A DNA stretch of 63,989 bases, filler included, from Reclinomonas americana ATCC 50394 (taxonomy: Eukaryota), in the NCBI GenBank assembly GCA_048213135.1. It is 5 parts of 3 records of this genome, joined end to end, with 100 filler letters (N's around TTAATTAATTAA, not from the genome) between each part and the next. Parts side by side here need not be neighbours in the genome. Positions count along the whole stretch, not along the records: positions 40,224 to 60,638 come from PS015077.1; positions 60,739 to 62,375 come from PS015077.1; positions 62,476 to 63,989 come from PS015079.1; 2 more parts are not named here. One strand, written 5' to 3'. Every line of letters begins with the position of its first letter. Positions within the stretch are counted from its first letter, which is position 1. Positions 52,780 through 63,989 of the stretch are shown in pieces. A model generated the notes under the pieces. It was not told where the DNA came from, made no database searches, and was given only the letters and a program-made list of their open reading frames with translations. Both the position numbers and the translations under genes were made by a program.

Positions 52780-55526
52780 CTACAATGTTTGTGTCACGGG
52801 AACACTCGCTGCTTGGCTCTGTACGGCCGTCTGTGAACATACACACACACGAACAATTGGTGAAACAACAAAATTGTTGTGTGGTATTGCTACTGCCACA
52901 CGCAACGATGCACCGCGACCGCGACCGCGTCCTCGTCCACGAACTGGCATTGGTTCAGGCCATGGCGCTGGAACGGGCGGAAGGGGCGCGCCTGCCAACG
53001 GGACCGATTGCAGATCCGGGTACGTCTCGGCCACGCCACGAGCCACCTCGGGTTCACACACGTAGAAACCACCAGGCAGCTGATTTCCCAGCGTCAACCA
53101 ATTCGGCCAGAGGTTGTGCGACCGACCGAAAATCTCTGCGCGCAAGAGTGAGAATCGTGCCACTGCATGTCGGCTCCGCATCTACTTGCACCCTCCTCAC
53201 CGAGTTTTCTCGTGCCGGGTGACAGTCGCTCAATCATCCCATAGATCTCGTCCGGCTTGCGACTCGTCTCACGCGGCTAGGCAGGCCCCCCATGTGTTAG
53301 CCAGCGAACGGCATGGCATCCACAACGGGGGTAGGAGAGCTCACCATCGAGACAATAACATCGGTGTCCAGCAACGTGTTGAGTTTCGGCTTGCCCTTGA
53401 TGCCGACTAAACAGTGCTCTTTCGTGTGGTTCAGCCAGTGACCAGTGCGACCGGTGGAAATCACACGATGCAGCTGATTTGTTTTGATCCAAATGATTTC
53501 CTCCACGCGTTGATAGCTGGCGACATGCGTGATGATGAGCACAGACAACAAACACAAGCAGGAATGCGACGAATGAACAAACCCCCATTCTCGCAAGCAG
53601 TTGCGACCGAGCTCCGCCGCTCGACCAGTGACCCACAGAAAGATGAGTCCGTCGTCTTGGAGACTGCCGACCGGCAGCGACAGCATTTCATTGTCGTCCA
53701 GTGTGCCGTACGGCAACTGCACCGTGACACAGAATGAGATGACACTGAAAGGAGAGCGAAAGCACGTCGGAGCAAGGCACGCAACGCTCATGCGGATGCG
53801 CCATGGCGGGTCGGCCATGATGACAGAGAACTTGCCGATGATGCTCCACTTGAAGGTGCGCACGTCACACCGGATCCATTGCGGTGGTTTCTGCTGCGGA
53901 CGGAAATCACATGAGCGACGCCATAATCGAGCGCAAGCCACGATTGTGACGACGACGACGCAACATGAGATTGCAGGCGTGAAAACACTTCAGCGACATC
54001 GGGCGGCAATGCGTCTGCTCGTGGAGGACAGTGAGCACGAATCGAGGCACAATCCCATTACCACTACACTCACCGAGCTGCGGCAGGCGCCATCGTCGAG
54101 TGGCGGCAGACGACAACGAAGGACGGTGGAGCGTCACGACTCCTGACGAACTTCCGTTGCCTGCTTCTTCGGCGTCCAGCATGATTCGCCGGCGCTTGTG
54201 CGCATCCATTCGGAGGCGATCCTCGATGCGTTGCCAGCTGAGACCACTGAGGCGTCGCTTGGCGGTCAGCCTGTTCATGAGGAACGTCGGTCGTCGTGCA
54301 CCCGATGCATCAGCCGCAGTGGCATGCTGCTGATCGCCCTCGGCGTCGGCATTGTCGGGCACCCAGTGCACGTACTTGCATCTGTGTGCACATGGTGAGC
54401 GGGGATGGGTGTTGTGTCAAAGAGATGAAGCAGTGTGTCCACACGAAACGATCCCATGACCAGACACATGTCGAGGTAGGAGCAATTGCCGAGCGAGAGA
54501 TCCGTGTGCGGAAACACCAACTGGCGGAAGTGTACACCGTCGCAGGGCACCGACGACCCACGAGCCTCACAGCACGCATCTCGTGTCTTGTGCACACAGT
54601 ACGCACGGAAGCGCTGTCCTTTGTTCTGAAACTGCTGCGCCACCACCGATTCGCGGAACGTGGGCATCGACAACAGCTGACTGATGATCTCCGCCGACGA
54701 CAGACGCTCCTGCTCAAGGTACGACGGCTGCAACAGAATGTCCTCAATGGCCCCGCCTCCCGCCGCGGCCGTGACTTGTGTGGTCGTGGTGGCTGTCGAT
54801 GATGACGACGACGACGGTGTTGTCGGTGCCACTGGTCGCGCCACTGGCAGCGTGTCCACATACGCCCTCATGCGTCCTCGTTCTACGTGCCACACCAACA
54901 ATCGTTCCGTCGCTCCCGTGTCAAACGTCTCCAAGCGCACCATTCCCTCTGCGGCCTCCAACGCACGCAGTGCTTCCTCCACTTGTGCCACTGGCACATG
55001 CAGCGCCTCGGCCACCGCCAACGAATGCACCGGCAACGACAACATGGACTGCAACAGATAGTGACACAGTGGGGCCAGCGCCGGATTGTCGGGCATGGTC
55101 ACCGCCACAGTTGCAGGCGTTGCAGGAGCGGGGGTCTCCACTTCCATGGGTGCAGCAAGCACGCTCATCTTCTGCGGTGATGCCAGTGGCGCAGCAGCTG
55201 GAGGCGGCGGTGGCGGTGGAGGTGATGATGGCAGCAATGGTGTTGCAGCTGGTGGAGGAGGGGGTGGCGGAGGAGGAGGCGGTGGAGCGAGAAGAGGAGG
55301 AGGTACGCCTTGTGCTGGTGGCAACGAAGGTGACATGGGCGTTGTTGCTGGGGTGGTGGCATCGACTGCAAAGCGAAAACAGTGAGCGAAAAAGTGGATG
55401 TCCAAGTACGAAAAGAGGAAGGAGACCTTCCATGCCACTGCTGCGTGTTGGGCGCAGGCGCATGCGCAGGCGGAGCGCCTCCTGCCGCTTGCGCAGCTCA
55501 TCGATTTCCCTCGCTGTGTTCTCCAT
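52780..55526 (-). CDS. METTL3: mRNA m6A methyltransferase catalytic subunit (MT-A70 family)
   Basis: Two CCCH fingers, PPQWIRCD, catalytic [69 protein letters not shown]. Confidence 0.97.
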
Positions 55527-55601
55527 GCAAAGGGACAGATGACCGACCGCGAGCCGCATTGTCTTTCACTATTCGCGCGTGTCGCACAGAGAGGAAAAAA
55601 C

Positions 55602-56866
55602 ATGGGTTAGTTTGGCTGTGTGGAGGGAGACAGCGAGGTGGTGGCGGCGGTTGAATGCGTGCATGCGTGTGTGTGTCAGCGTGTGTGTGTTGCTGCTGCT
55701 GTGCATGGTGTGACATGCACGACACCCGCGTGTGAGCGCCTCGTGTTTCTGTGCGTGGTGCAGTCTTCCTTGCACAGTGCATACCATGCGCGTGTGTGTA
55801 CTAAGGCGGGGCAGAGAGGGGCGCAGTGATGGTGGTGGTGCTTCTCTTGTGTGTCATGGCGGTCATGATGCATGCACATGCCCGCACTCTCCCCCCTTTC
55901 CCCTCTCCCTTCCCCTCTCCCCGCTCTCCCTCTCTCCGTCTCTGTGTGTGTATGTCGCTATTACGTTGTTGTTGGGAGGTTTTCGACTGGCTTGCTCATT
56001 CCGACGCATCACAGGCGCGTACAAGTACGTTCAGGAGATGTGGCGCAAGAAGCAGAGCGACGTGATGCGCTTCCTGCTGCGCGTGCGTGCGTGGGAGTAC
56101 CGCCAGCAGCCTGGCATTGTGCGCCTCACTCACGTTGAGTATTCCTCGGGAGCAAGTCCATTGCATGCCACCATGACTTGCGCTAGAGACTGATGATGAT
56201 TGTCATGTTTGTGCAGCCGAGCCGCCCCGACAAGGCTCGCCGCCTCGGCTACAAGGCCAAGCAGGGCTTTGTTGTCGTGCGTCATGCGCCCCCTTCCTTC
56301 CTCCTTCAATCGCATGTGCTGTGAGATTGACTTCGGATCTCGTGTGCGTGTGCAGTACCGCTCGCGCGTGCGCCGTGGTGGCCGCCGCAGACTGGTGCCC
56401 GGTGGCAACACCCGTGGCAAGCCCTCCGGCCACGGTGTCAACGAGCTCAAGTTCTACAGGAACAAGCGCTCGGTGGCTGAGGAGCGTGTCGGCAAGCGCT
56501 GGTGAGCAGCAGCGTCGAAAGTAGCATCATCTCACCGACATGCAGCACTCACTCATTCTCTCCTTCTTCCGTGTGCGTAGCGGAAACCTGCGCGTGCTGA
56601 ACTCGTACTGGGTGGCTGCGGACTCGACCTACCTGTACTACGAGGTGGTCTTGGTCGACCCGAACCACAAGGCAGTGATGGGCGATCCGGCTGTGTCGTG
56701 GATTTGCCGCCCTGTCCACAAGCACCGCGAGTTGCGCGGTCTGACCTCGGCTGGTCGCCAGGGTCGTGGTCTGCGTGTGCGACACCACGGCTCGAACGGA
56801 CGCCGTCCGTCACGACGTGCCCAGTGGCGCAGGCTCAACACCCTCTCGCTCCCCCGCTACCGTTAA
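55602..56866 (+). CDS. RPL15: 60S ribosomal protein L15 (eL15), 5 exons
   Basis: [32 protein letters not shown]...[15 protein letters not shown]...AEERVG...LRVLNSYWV...[13 protein letters not shown]...LSLPRYR. The first coding exon is ATGG. Confidence 0.98.
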
Positions 56867-57089
56867 GCGCGAGAGGCACGGCAGCAAGAGGCGTTTCATC
56901 CTTTTGTGTGCGTGTGTGTGTTGTTTTTCCCCTGGCTGTGTGTGTGGAGTGCGCGTCACCACCGCGTGGTGTTGGAGTCTCGTTATTGCGTTCCGTTCTC
57001 TCTCTCTGTTGCAGCAGCGTGCAAAATACAAGACCCCTCCTCCCGTGGCGGCACCTATTTCATCTTCTGTTTTGCTGTTGTTTGTCTTT

Positions 57090-58179
57090 TTACCAACGAA
57101 TGGGCTGTGCCAGCGGGAAGAGCGGACCGGGAGACTCGCCAAACAGCAAGTCCATCATGTGCCACATGTCCTCGGCAATCATGTAGTCCCACCGCTGCGC
57201 CAGCTGCGCCACCGTGTTCCGATAGCTGAAATCGAGACACTGCGGCACGTTGCCGGCCTTCAGCACATCCTGGCTGCCTTTTGTCGGCAACACATCAAAC
57301 GTCGACGATGGAATGACCGTGTGGTCTAGCCACTTGAGCTTGTACGTCTGCCCGCCAGTCACTCCCACCTCGTAGTAGCGCGGATGCAGATAGTAAAACA
57401 CCTCCTGCACCTGCTTGGCCGCCACCTCGGTCTGGATCGCCGTCGCGCCTGCGCGGAAGAATAGAGAGAGAGTGAGAAGGCACCGGCAACGCACGCTCGG
57501 AGGAGGGTCGGCCTCACCGAGCGTCCACCCGTCCACGTTCCGAAACACGCCCGTGGCCACATCCTGAAAGCGCTGCATGCGACGACTCAAATACGTACCA
57601 CGCTGCACCGTGTCGCGGTAGATGGCGCCCTTGGGGATCGACGGGTACCACAACTGGTGCGTAATGGCACGCGAGAAGCACAGTGTGCCGCCCTCGGTCT
57701 TGACAAGATCATACTCATAACCCTGCAAAGTCACTCAGTCAGTCTCCTGTGTCGCCATTCTCCATTCTCCATGCACGCGACGCAACAGCGTTGGCATCGT
57801 AGAACCACATGTCTCTGTTGTAGAACACCAGCAGCACCTTGCCTGCGTCGTAGTCGTAGTAGAGTCGCGCCCAGTCATCGGGCACTCGCGAGGTGCGAAA
57901 GCGCGCGGTAAAGTGCCGCCCAATGAACGCAATGGGCGGCGGCAGTGCCGAGGCCGGTGAGGCTGTCGGGTAGGTCTTTACGTAAAAGTTCGGCTGCGCG
58001 ACGGGCTCCACATCGCCGCGCGCGAGGAGAATGTGTGGTGGTGACGAGGAGTGGGAGTGGGAGTTGAGCATGCACCACAGTGCGAGGGTGCAGAGGGCGA
58101 GGAGGTGCAGAGAGGAGAGTCCGCGACGTGGTGGCGCACCAAACACCACAACACCCGCTGAGTGATGTCTGTCGTGCAT
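57090..58179 (-). CDS. Secreted or membrane-anchored protein, possibly ependymin-related (EPDR/LolA-like) fold
   Basis: Hydrophobic N-terminal segment, then PPIAFIGRHFTARF..ARLYYDY..GYEYDL..TLCFSR. Three exons with GT-AG introns. Confidence 0.5.
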
Positions 58180-58306
58180 GGCGTCCGGTTGCAGTGACGA
58201 TGAATGACTGCGTGTGACACAGGACGTGCTGTCGACTTTTTTGCATTACACGTTGCTGTTACTGCTGCTGTTTGGGCTTTTTGGAAACACACACACACAC
58301 ACACAC

Positions 58307-59737
58307 TCAAATCACAAACGATCGACGCCGAAGCCGTGCTCCGGTTGGTGACGAGGCTTCGCCGCTGTTGGGCGCCGAGGCTGGAGGTGGAGGCGGAGGT
58401 GGTGGAGGTGGCGAAGGCGTCAGGCCCGAAGCAGCACCGGCCGTGGGCGTGCGTGGTGGTGCGCCACGTGGGCGTGGAGAGGAGGAGGCTGCGGAGTTCG
58501 GGGTGCCGGGGGTGCCGGGGGAGAGGGGCGGTGCGCCGTCGGTGGGATTTACAAACAGGGAGATCCGAGAGCGCGAGTTGCCAAACGACGAGGTCGACAG
58601 CGGCGGTGTGGAGGCCGCAGAGGAGGCGGCTGAGGAGGATGACCGTGGCCGTGAGAAGGGCGACTCTTGCTGCGCATCGAACTTGCCGACCGAGGGAGAG
58701 CCGAGGTTCGGGGTGGGTGCACGGGGTGGTTTTTGTTGTGTTGTGGACGAGGCGGAGGGCGAGCGGCCTGCAGTAGAAAAAAAAAGAACACCGTGGGGTG
58801 AGCAAGCAATGCTATGAGGTGTGCGGTAGGAGTGACGCACCACTGCCACTGCCGTTGCTGCCGCCACTGGCCATGGAGCAGCCATCCATGCTGGCCGCCG
58901 ACGATGCCGGCTGACTGTCGGGACGCGGTACTGTTGTCGACGCACTGCCTCGACGGGCGCCACCGTCCCGATTGCCGCCACGGACGACCTGGTTGGTGGC
59001 AAAGCAAAAGTAGTCCTCGCTGACCTCCAGCTTGGCCGCCGCCTTGGACAGATCCTCACCCACCGAAACCGAAAAGTGCACACCTGTGCGTGTTGCGCGT
59101 CAGCAACTAATTGTGGCGCGCGACCTTCATCCATGACACATGCCACTCACCAGCATCGATTTCCTCCGAGGAGAGCTCACTGAAATGAATGGGATCACTG
59201 GGCCCAACTCGCGGGCCCACCGACAGCGCCTCCGCACTCGGAACCGCAGCCGCACCAAACCTCGGCGCAAATCTGGACTCGCCAGGCGGCGGANNNNNNN
59301 NNNNNNNNNNNNNNNNNNNNNNNNNNNNNNNNNNNNNNNNNNNNNNNNNNNNNNNNNNNNNNNNNNNNNNNNNNNNNNNNNNNNNNNNNNNNNNNNNNNN
59401 NNNNNNNNNNNNNNNNNNNNNNNNNNNNNNNNNNNNNNNNNNNNNNNNNNNNNNNNNNNNNNNNNNNNNNNNNNNNNNNNNNNNNNNNNNNNNNNNNNNN
59501 NNNNNNNNNNNNNNNNNNNNNNNNNNNNNNNNNNNNNNNNNNNNNNNNNNNNNNNNNNNNNNNNNNNNNNNNNNNNNNNNNNNNNNNNNNNNNNNNNNNN
59601 NNNCAGAGAGAGAGAGAGAGTGAGTGCGCGAGGGGACTCTTGAGTGAGACGCAACGTGGAAGGAGAGCTTGTATCTCAAAGCGACGACGCCCGCCGCGAC
59701 CGCGTGTGGACGCACTTACTCCACTCGCACGAATCAT
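58307..59737 (-). CDS. Hypothetical Ser/Pro-rich protein
   Basis: Exons IHFSELSSEEIDA|VHFSVSVGEDLSKAAAKLEVSEDYFCFATNQ and a long low-complexity last exon. The start is uncertain and the gene spans a gap. Confidence 0.5.
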
Positions 59738-59972
59738 GGGAGCGAGAGCCCTACTTGCTCTGCTTCTTGTTTCTCTGTGTGTGACATATTGATGAGCGAG
59801 TCAGTACAACCACCAACACACTCACAGGCAGAGACAGAATTGAGAGAGCGTGTGTGCGTGTGTGAGAGAGAGAGAGAGTGAGAGGGCGAGACGCAGTGTG
59901 TGTGTGTGAAGAGAGTGGCATGGAGAGTCGGTTGGAGTGAGTGAGTGTGTGCAGCGTGGAGATCGCACACTC

Positions 59973-60638
59973 TCAAAATTGGGACATTGTGTGGCCTGAG
60001 TGTTTGAGTGCGCGTGTGTGTGTGCGTGTGTGTGTCAATGAGGAAGGCCGTGCTGGTGGGGAGAGAGCGAGAGAGACAAGTGTGCGTGAGAGTGGGTCCG
60101 TGTGTACGAACACTTGCGCTCCTCGATATGAGACTTGCTGTAAATGAAGAGAGTTGCGTGCGTTGCTGTAAATAAATCGGGGACAACTGCAAACCAGAAC
60201 TCTGCTTGCGTTTCTCTCTATCTTGCTGGCGTGTTCTATCGGATAGGAACTGGCTTGCCGTGAAGGTGCTCCGATCTGAGCACGGTTTGCATCGTGAACG
60301 CGATCGGACAGGATTTCGAATTCATCTTCGCCACAATTCTTGCACCTGTCCACCCGGAGCTTGCTCTCACATGCAGCCACACAACATGACCATCTAGAAG
60401 ACAAAGAGAGACACACAAGTACGCAACGAGCGACAATTCATTCGCCAGTAAACAAGCAGAAGCGCTGTGGTGTTGATGTCAAAGCAAATCATGCCCACAA
60501 ACAGCAACACAACCCCCGCAGCGACCTCGACGGCTGCGACAAGAAGGTTTGTGTGCGTGCAGTCGCTTTCGGAGCTTCGACAAGTCGAGAAGCAGTCCAT
60601 GGCTTCGACTCGTCGCACATCGCATCCGACGGTCAGCG
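59973..60638 (-). CDS. 3' part of a hypothetical membrane protein
   Basis: Hydrophobic exon VEVAAGVVLLFVGMICFDINTTALLLVYW followed by a Cys-rich exon; truncated by a linker. Confidence 0.35.
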
Positions 60639-60856
60639 NNNNNNNNNNNNNNNNNNNNNNNNNNNNNNNNNNNNNNNNNNNNTTAATTAATTAANNNNNN
60701 NNNNNNNNNNNNNNNNNNNNNNNNNNNNNNNNNNNNNNTGCGCGAAGGGATGCGGCTTGTGGGAGGCGCAGAGGGAGGGGAGCAGCATTCTTCATTTTCA
60801 TTGGAGGGTCGCACACAGATTGGACTCTGGAGTAGTAAGGGGCGTTTGCGTGCCGA

Positions 60857-62302
60857 TTAGAGCAGGCGCGCCTGGCCAGTAAAGTCGAGCTCGATCAGGT
60901 AGCGCAGCTTGACCTGCGACATGTCGTACACGATAAATCTGTGCCACAAAAAACACGAAAATATTGCTTGGTGAGAATGGAAAAAAAGGGGCGAAGGCGG
61001 GGAACCGTAAGCGGGGCGGCGACAAAACTCCTGCAGGTGCACGACACAGACGCGCGCGCGTAAGTGAGAAAAGCAGCGAGAGAAACCCGATAGATATGGA
61101 TGCGCAACATTGTACTGCAGCGTGGTGCTCGATGCCGGCAGCTCCTTGGTCTTGCCCAGTGGGACGAGAACGCCGTCGGGGAGGGTGATGGAGGTATTCT
61201 CGTCGGGCTGCACGCGACCCACACCTGCGTCGTCGCACCGCGCGTCAGCAAGAGAGATCACGGTCGCAAACTCGCGCCGCCCACACACATACTCACCCTT
61301 GGTCGAGTGGAAGCCCTGCGGTGCCTTCGCGAGGCTCGAGTTGGCGCGAGTGCACTCGTACATGTTGCCGAGGGCGCCTTCGGCCAGCAGCAAGAGACCG
61401 CGATTGTCAAACGAGTGGGCGAAGCAATACTGCGCACTCTTCGACACGCGATCGGCGAGATAAATTCCTGTACGATCAATCACGCGTGAGTAAAGTGCGA
61501 CGACACAGAATGAGAGCCTTTCGCCGCCGCCACACACCCTTGCCAAACTGGGCAGACGCAAGGAATGGACAGGTCAGTCAGTGCACGGAGAAAGACTTGC
61601 AGCAGGTGCGCGTACCATGTAGCCTGTCACTGGCGCCTCTGGCGGAGCGATTCGCAGACCCTGGCTGAGAATGCCGACAAAGTTGGTCAGGCGCTGCGAC
61701 GAGTGCATCGAGTGAGCGACTGAAGGCAGCTCATCAAGAAAAAGGAAGCAGCGCACCGAGCCGTGCCAGAGCAGCTGGCGGTTGTGCAGCGTGGTCCACG
61801 GCGTGTACCGATCCGACTCTCCCTCACGAGCAATGCGGAACACCTCCACCAGCTGTAGCGCAACAAATGAGAACTTGCAAACGTACACACAACTGCATCT
61901 ATGAGGTGAGACGCAACAGCCAGCTTGAAGTGCGAGTGCGTCGAGCCGTGTGACTGGCGCACGTAGCGCTCTACCATCTGCCACTCCTCCGAGTTGCGTT
62001 CCACCGGCTCAATGTCGGTGCGCAGCTGCTGGTAGTGCTCGTCGAGCGGGTGCAGCGCCTCCGAGCCACCTGCGGCAAACGAGCACGAAAAAATACACAG
62101 GTCAGCGGGAGGGGACGGTTGTCGACGAGAGCGATGTGTCACTCGGCGAACCAGCAGAGCCGTCGGACTTGAGTAGCGACGCGGCGACCTCCATCTGCAG
62201 CAGCGAGTCCACTGTCGCCACTTTCTTCTGCAGCAGCTCCTCATTATCGATTGGCGGCGGCATCTTGTTGCCGAAATCGTGCGGAATAATCGTGTAGAAT
62301 TG
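60857..62302 (-). CDS. Poly(ADP-ribose) polymerase, PARP1/2-like, regulatory plus catalytic domains (5' part missing)
   Basis: [75 protein letters not shown]. The H-Y-E triad is complete only if 10-nt and 2-nt microexons are used. Confidence 0.96.
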
Positions 62303-63036
62303 CTGTGCGTTCGGGCAATACGCACTTGTCAGGCTGCTGCGTCCCTTCTCCCCTCGTGCCACATCACAACACAAANNNNNNNNNNNNNNNNNNNNNNNNN
62401 NNNNNNNNNNNNNNNNNNNTTAATTAATTAANNNNNNNNNNNNNNNNNNNNNNNNNNNNNNNNNNNNNNNNNNNNAGGGGAAGGGGAAAGGGATGAGGGG
62501 GAAGAGGGTAAGGGGGAAAGGGAGTAAGGGGGAAAGGGGAGTTATGAGGGGGAAAGAGGGGGAAAGAGGGGGAAAGAGGGGGAAAGAGGAGGCGAGAGGA
62601 AAGGGGAAAGACAAACAACGGGAACATGAGGGTAACTGAGAGAGAAAGAGAGCCCAGCTTCACAGCGAGAGGATGGCAGAATGCACAGCTGTGATCACAT
62701 GATGTGCACTAGGAGTACCAATGCAACAGGCACAAGGGACAAACACGAAGATGCGCACACACACGTACAGAGATGGAGACTTTGGAGCAAAGAATAATGA
62801 GAAGAAAAAAGGGGAACTCGCTTTTTGAGGGTCGACGGAGTATTCAAGGCGCGCGGATATCACACTCTCAGTATCCCAGCCTGCTGCTCTCTTTCTCTCT
62901 CTTTCTCTCTCACTCACTCTCTTGTTCGCATGCACTCCCTCAGGAAAGGAGGCAGGTTCTGCAATCTGCTTACCCTTCGCATGGCAGCAAGGAGCTTGTG
63001 GTCTCTCTTCCCCTTTCACAGCTGTAGCACACCAAC

Positions 63037-63149
63037 CTTCGAACGCGCGACGGGTCGTGCAGCGAGCGGAAGAGAATTACGGTCTCGTGCGTCGGCGATA
63101 CGCTCACGTCCACGTCGCACAGGCACACGACGTCCATGTAGTCGGTGGA
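63037..63149 (-). CDS. Isolated exon of an unidentified gene on the last contig
   Basis: CAG acceptor and GT donor around STDYMDVVCLCDVDVSVSPTHETVILFRSLHDPSRVR. Confidence 0.4.
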
Positions 63150-63399
63150 CTGTGGGGGGAAGAAGGGAGGAGGTGAGTGAGAAGGGTCGGGAAATGGGGG
63201 GAGAGCAAAAGGAAACTGGAGGACAACGCTCCGAAGAGGCCCTTGAGAATGGAGTGAGGGTACACGGAACTAGAAGAGAACTCGGAGAAGCAAGAGAAGG
63301 CAGGGAGATAACAGGAGAAAGGAGAACACATGCAGTGACGGCATGCAGAAGCAGGATGAGGCAGGAGGCAGGAAACAGAAGACAAAATACGGGAGGCAA

Positions 63400-63900
63400 C
63401 AGTGAAGCTAACTGTTCGCAAGGCGGGCCCTCCTGCAGAGCGTGACGAGCAGAGAGAGGAGGCAAGAGGAGGCAAGGAGGAAGGAGACCAGAGGCAGGAG
63501 GCACGAGGCAGGAGGCACGAGGCACGAGGCAGGAGGCACGAGGCAGAAGGCAAGAAGTATGCAACCAACAGTCCACAAGGCGGGCCCTCTTGCAGAGTGA
63601 TGAGCAGAGAGAGGAGGCAAGGCAGGACACAGCAAGAAGGAGGCAGCAGACAGGATGCAGGAGGCAAGCGGCAAGAGGCAAGAGGCAAGCGGCAGGAGCC
63701 AGGAGACAGGAGGCAGGAGGCAAGAGGCAGGAGGCAGGAGGCAAGCGGCAGAAGGCAGGAGGCAGGAGGCAGGAGGCAGGAGAACAAGGGAGACAAAGGA
63801 AACAGAATACGGGAGACCAGCGAGGCAAGACACCGCAAGAAAAGAACAGAGGCATGCAATGAAAAACTGACAGTCCGCGAGACGGGCGCTCCTCTCACAG
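63400..63900. repeat. Intronic composite repeat with (AGGCAGG)n and ~3 larger degenerate units
   Basis: Repeated GAGGCAG heptamers and recurring CAAGGCGGGCCCTC.TGCAGAG blocks. Confidence 0.75.
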
Positions 63901-63989
63901 GCAGCAGGCACGGACGAGAACGAGAAGAGAAGGGAAAGAAATCGCATATGTCCGCCTAATCTGCATGCTACCCTCTCTCTCTCTCACGC

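Overview
Draft genome of an intron-dense eukaryote, most likely a protist. It uses the standard genetic code and has many ~65-100 nt spliceosomal introns, CT/GA/GT microsatellites, N gaps and four TTAATTAATTAA contig linkers, so the window is a concatenation of several contigs. Genes reconstructed by manual splicing, in order: acetate kinase (-), a large NLR-like STAND NTPase-TPR gene (+), a transcription-factor-like orphan (+), an unknown gene (-), malic enzyme (-, last exon on an apparently flipped contig), CABIN1/HIR3 (-), a coiled-coil GAS2/GAR protein (+), an ankyrin-repeat protein (-), three tandem longin/VAMP7-like paralogues (+), GCN5 (-), a TMEM260-like 3' exon (+), a WDCP-like protein (+), METTL3 (-), RPL15 (+), three poorly characterised genes (-) and the catalytic half of a PARP1/2-like gene (-). 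The most notable observations are: (1) a 2-nt microexon that supplies two bases of the PARP catalytic Glu codon; (2) a very common 5' splice-site class GTTGCGY/GTTGAGT that looks like the canonical donor with one extra U; (3) an NLR-like protein with putative ubiquitin-like and DZIP3-type HEPN N-terminal modules; (4) a SNARE-less, phytolongin-like longin between two intact R-SNARE paralogues; (5) intergenic spacers of only ~40-120 bp. All family assignments come from motif recognition by eye; no searches were run.
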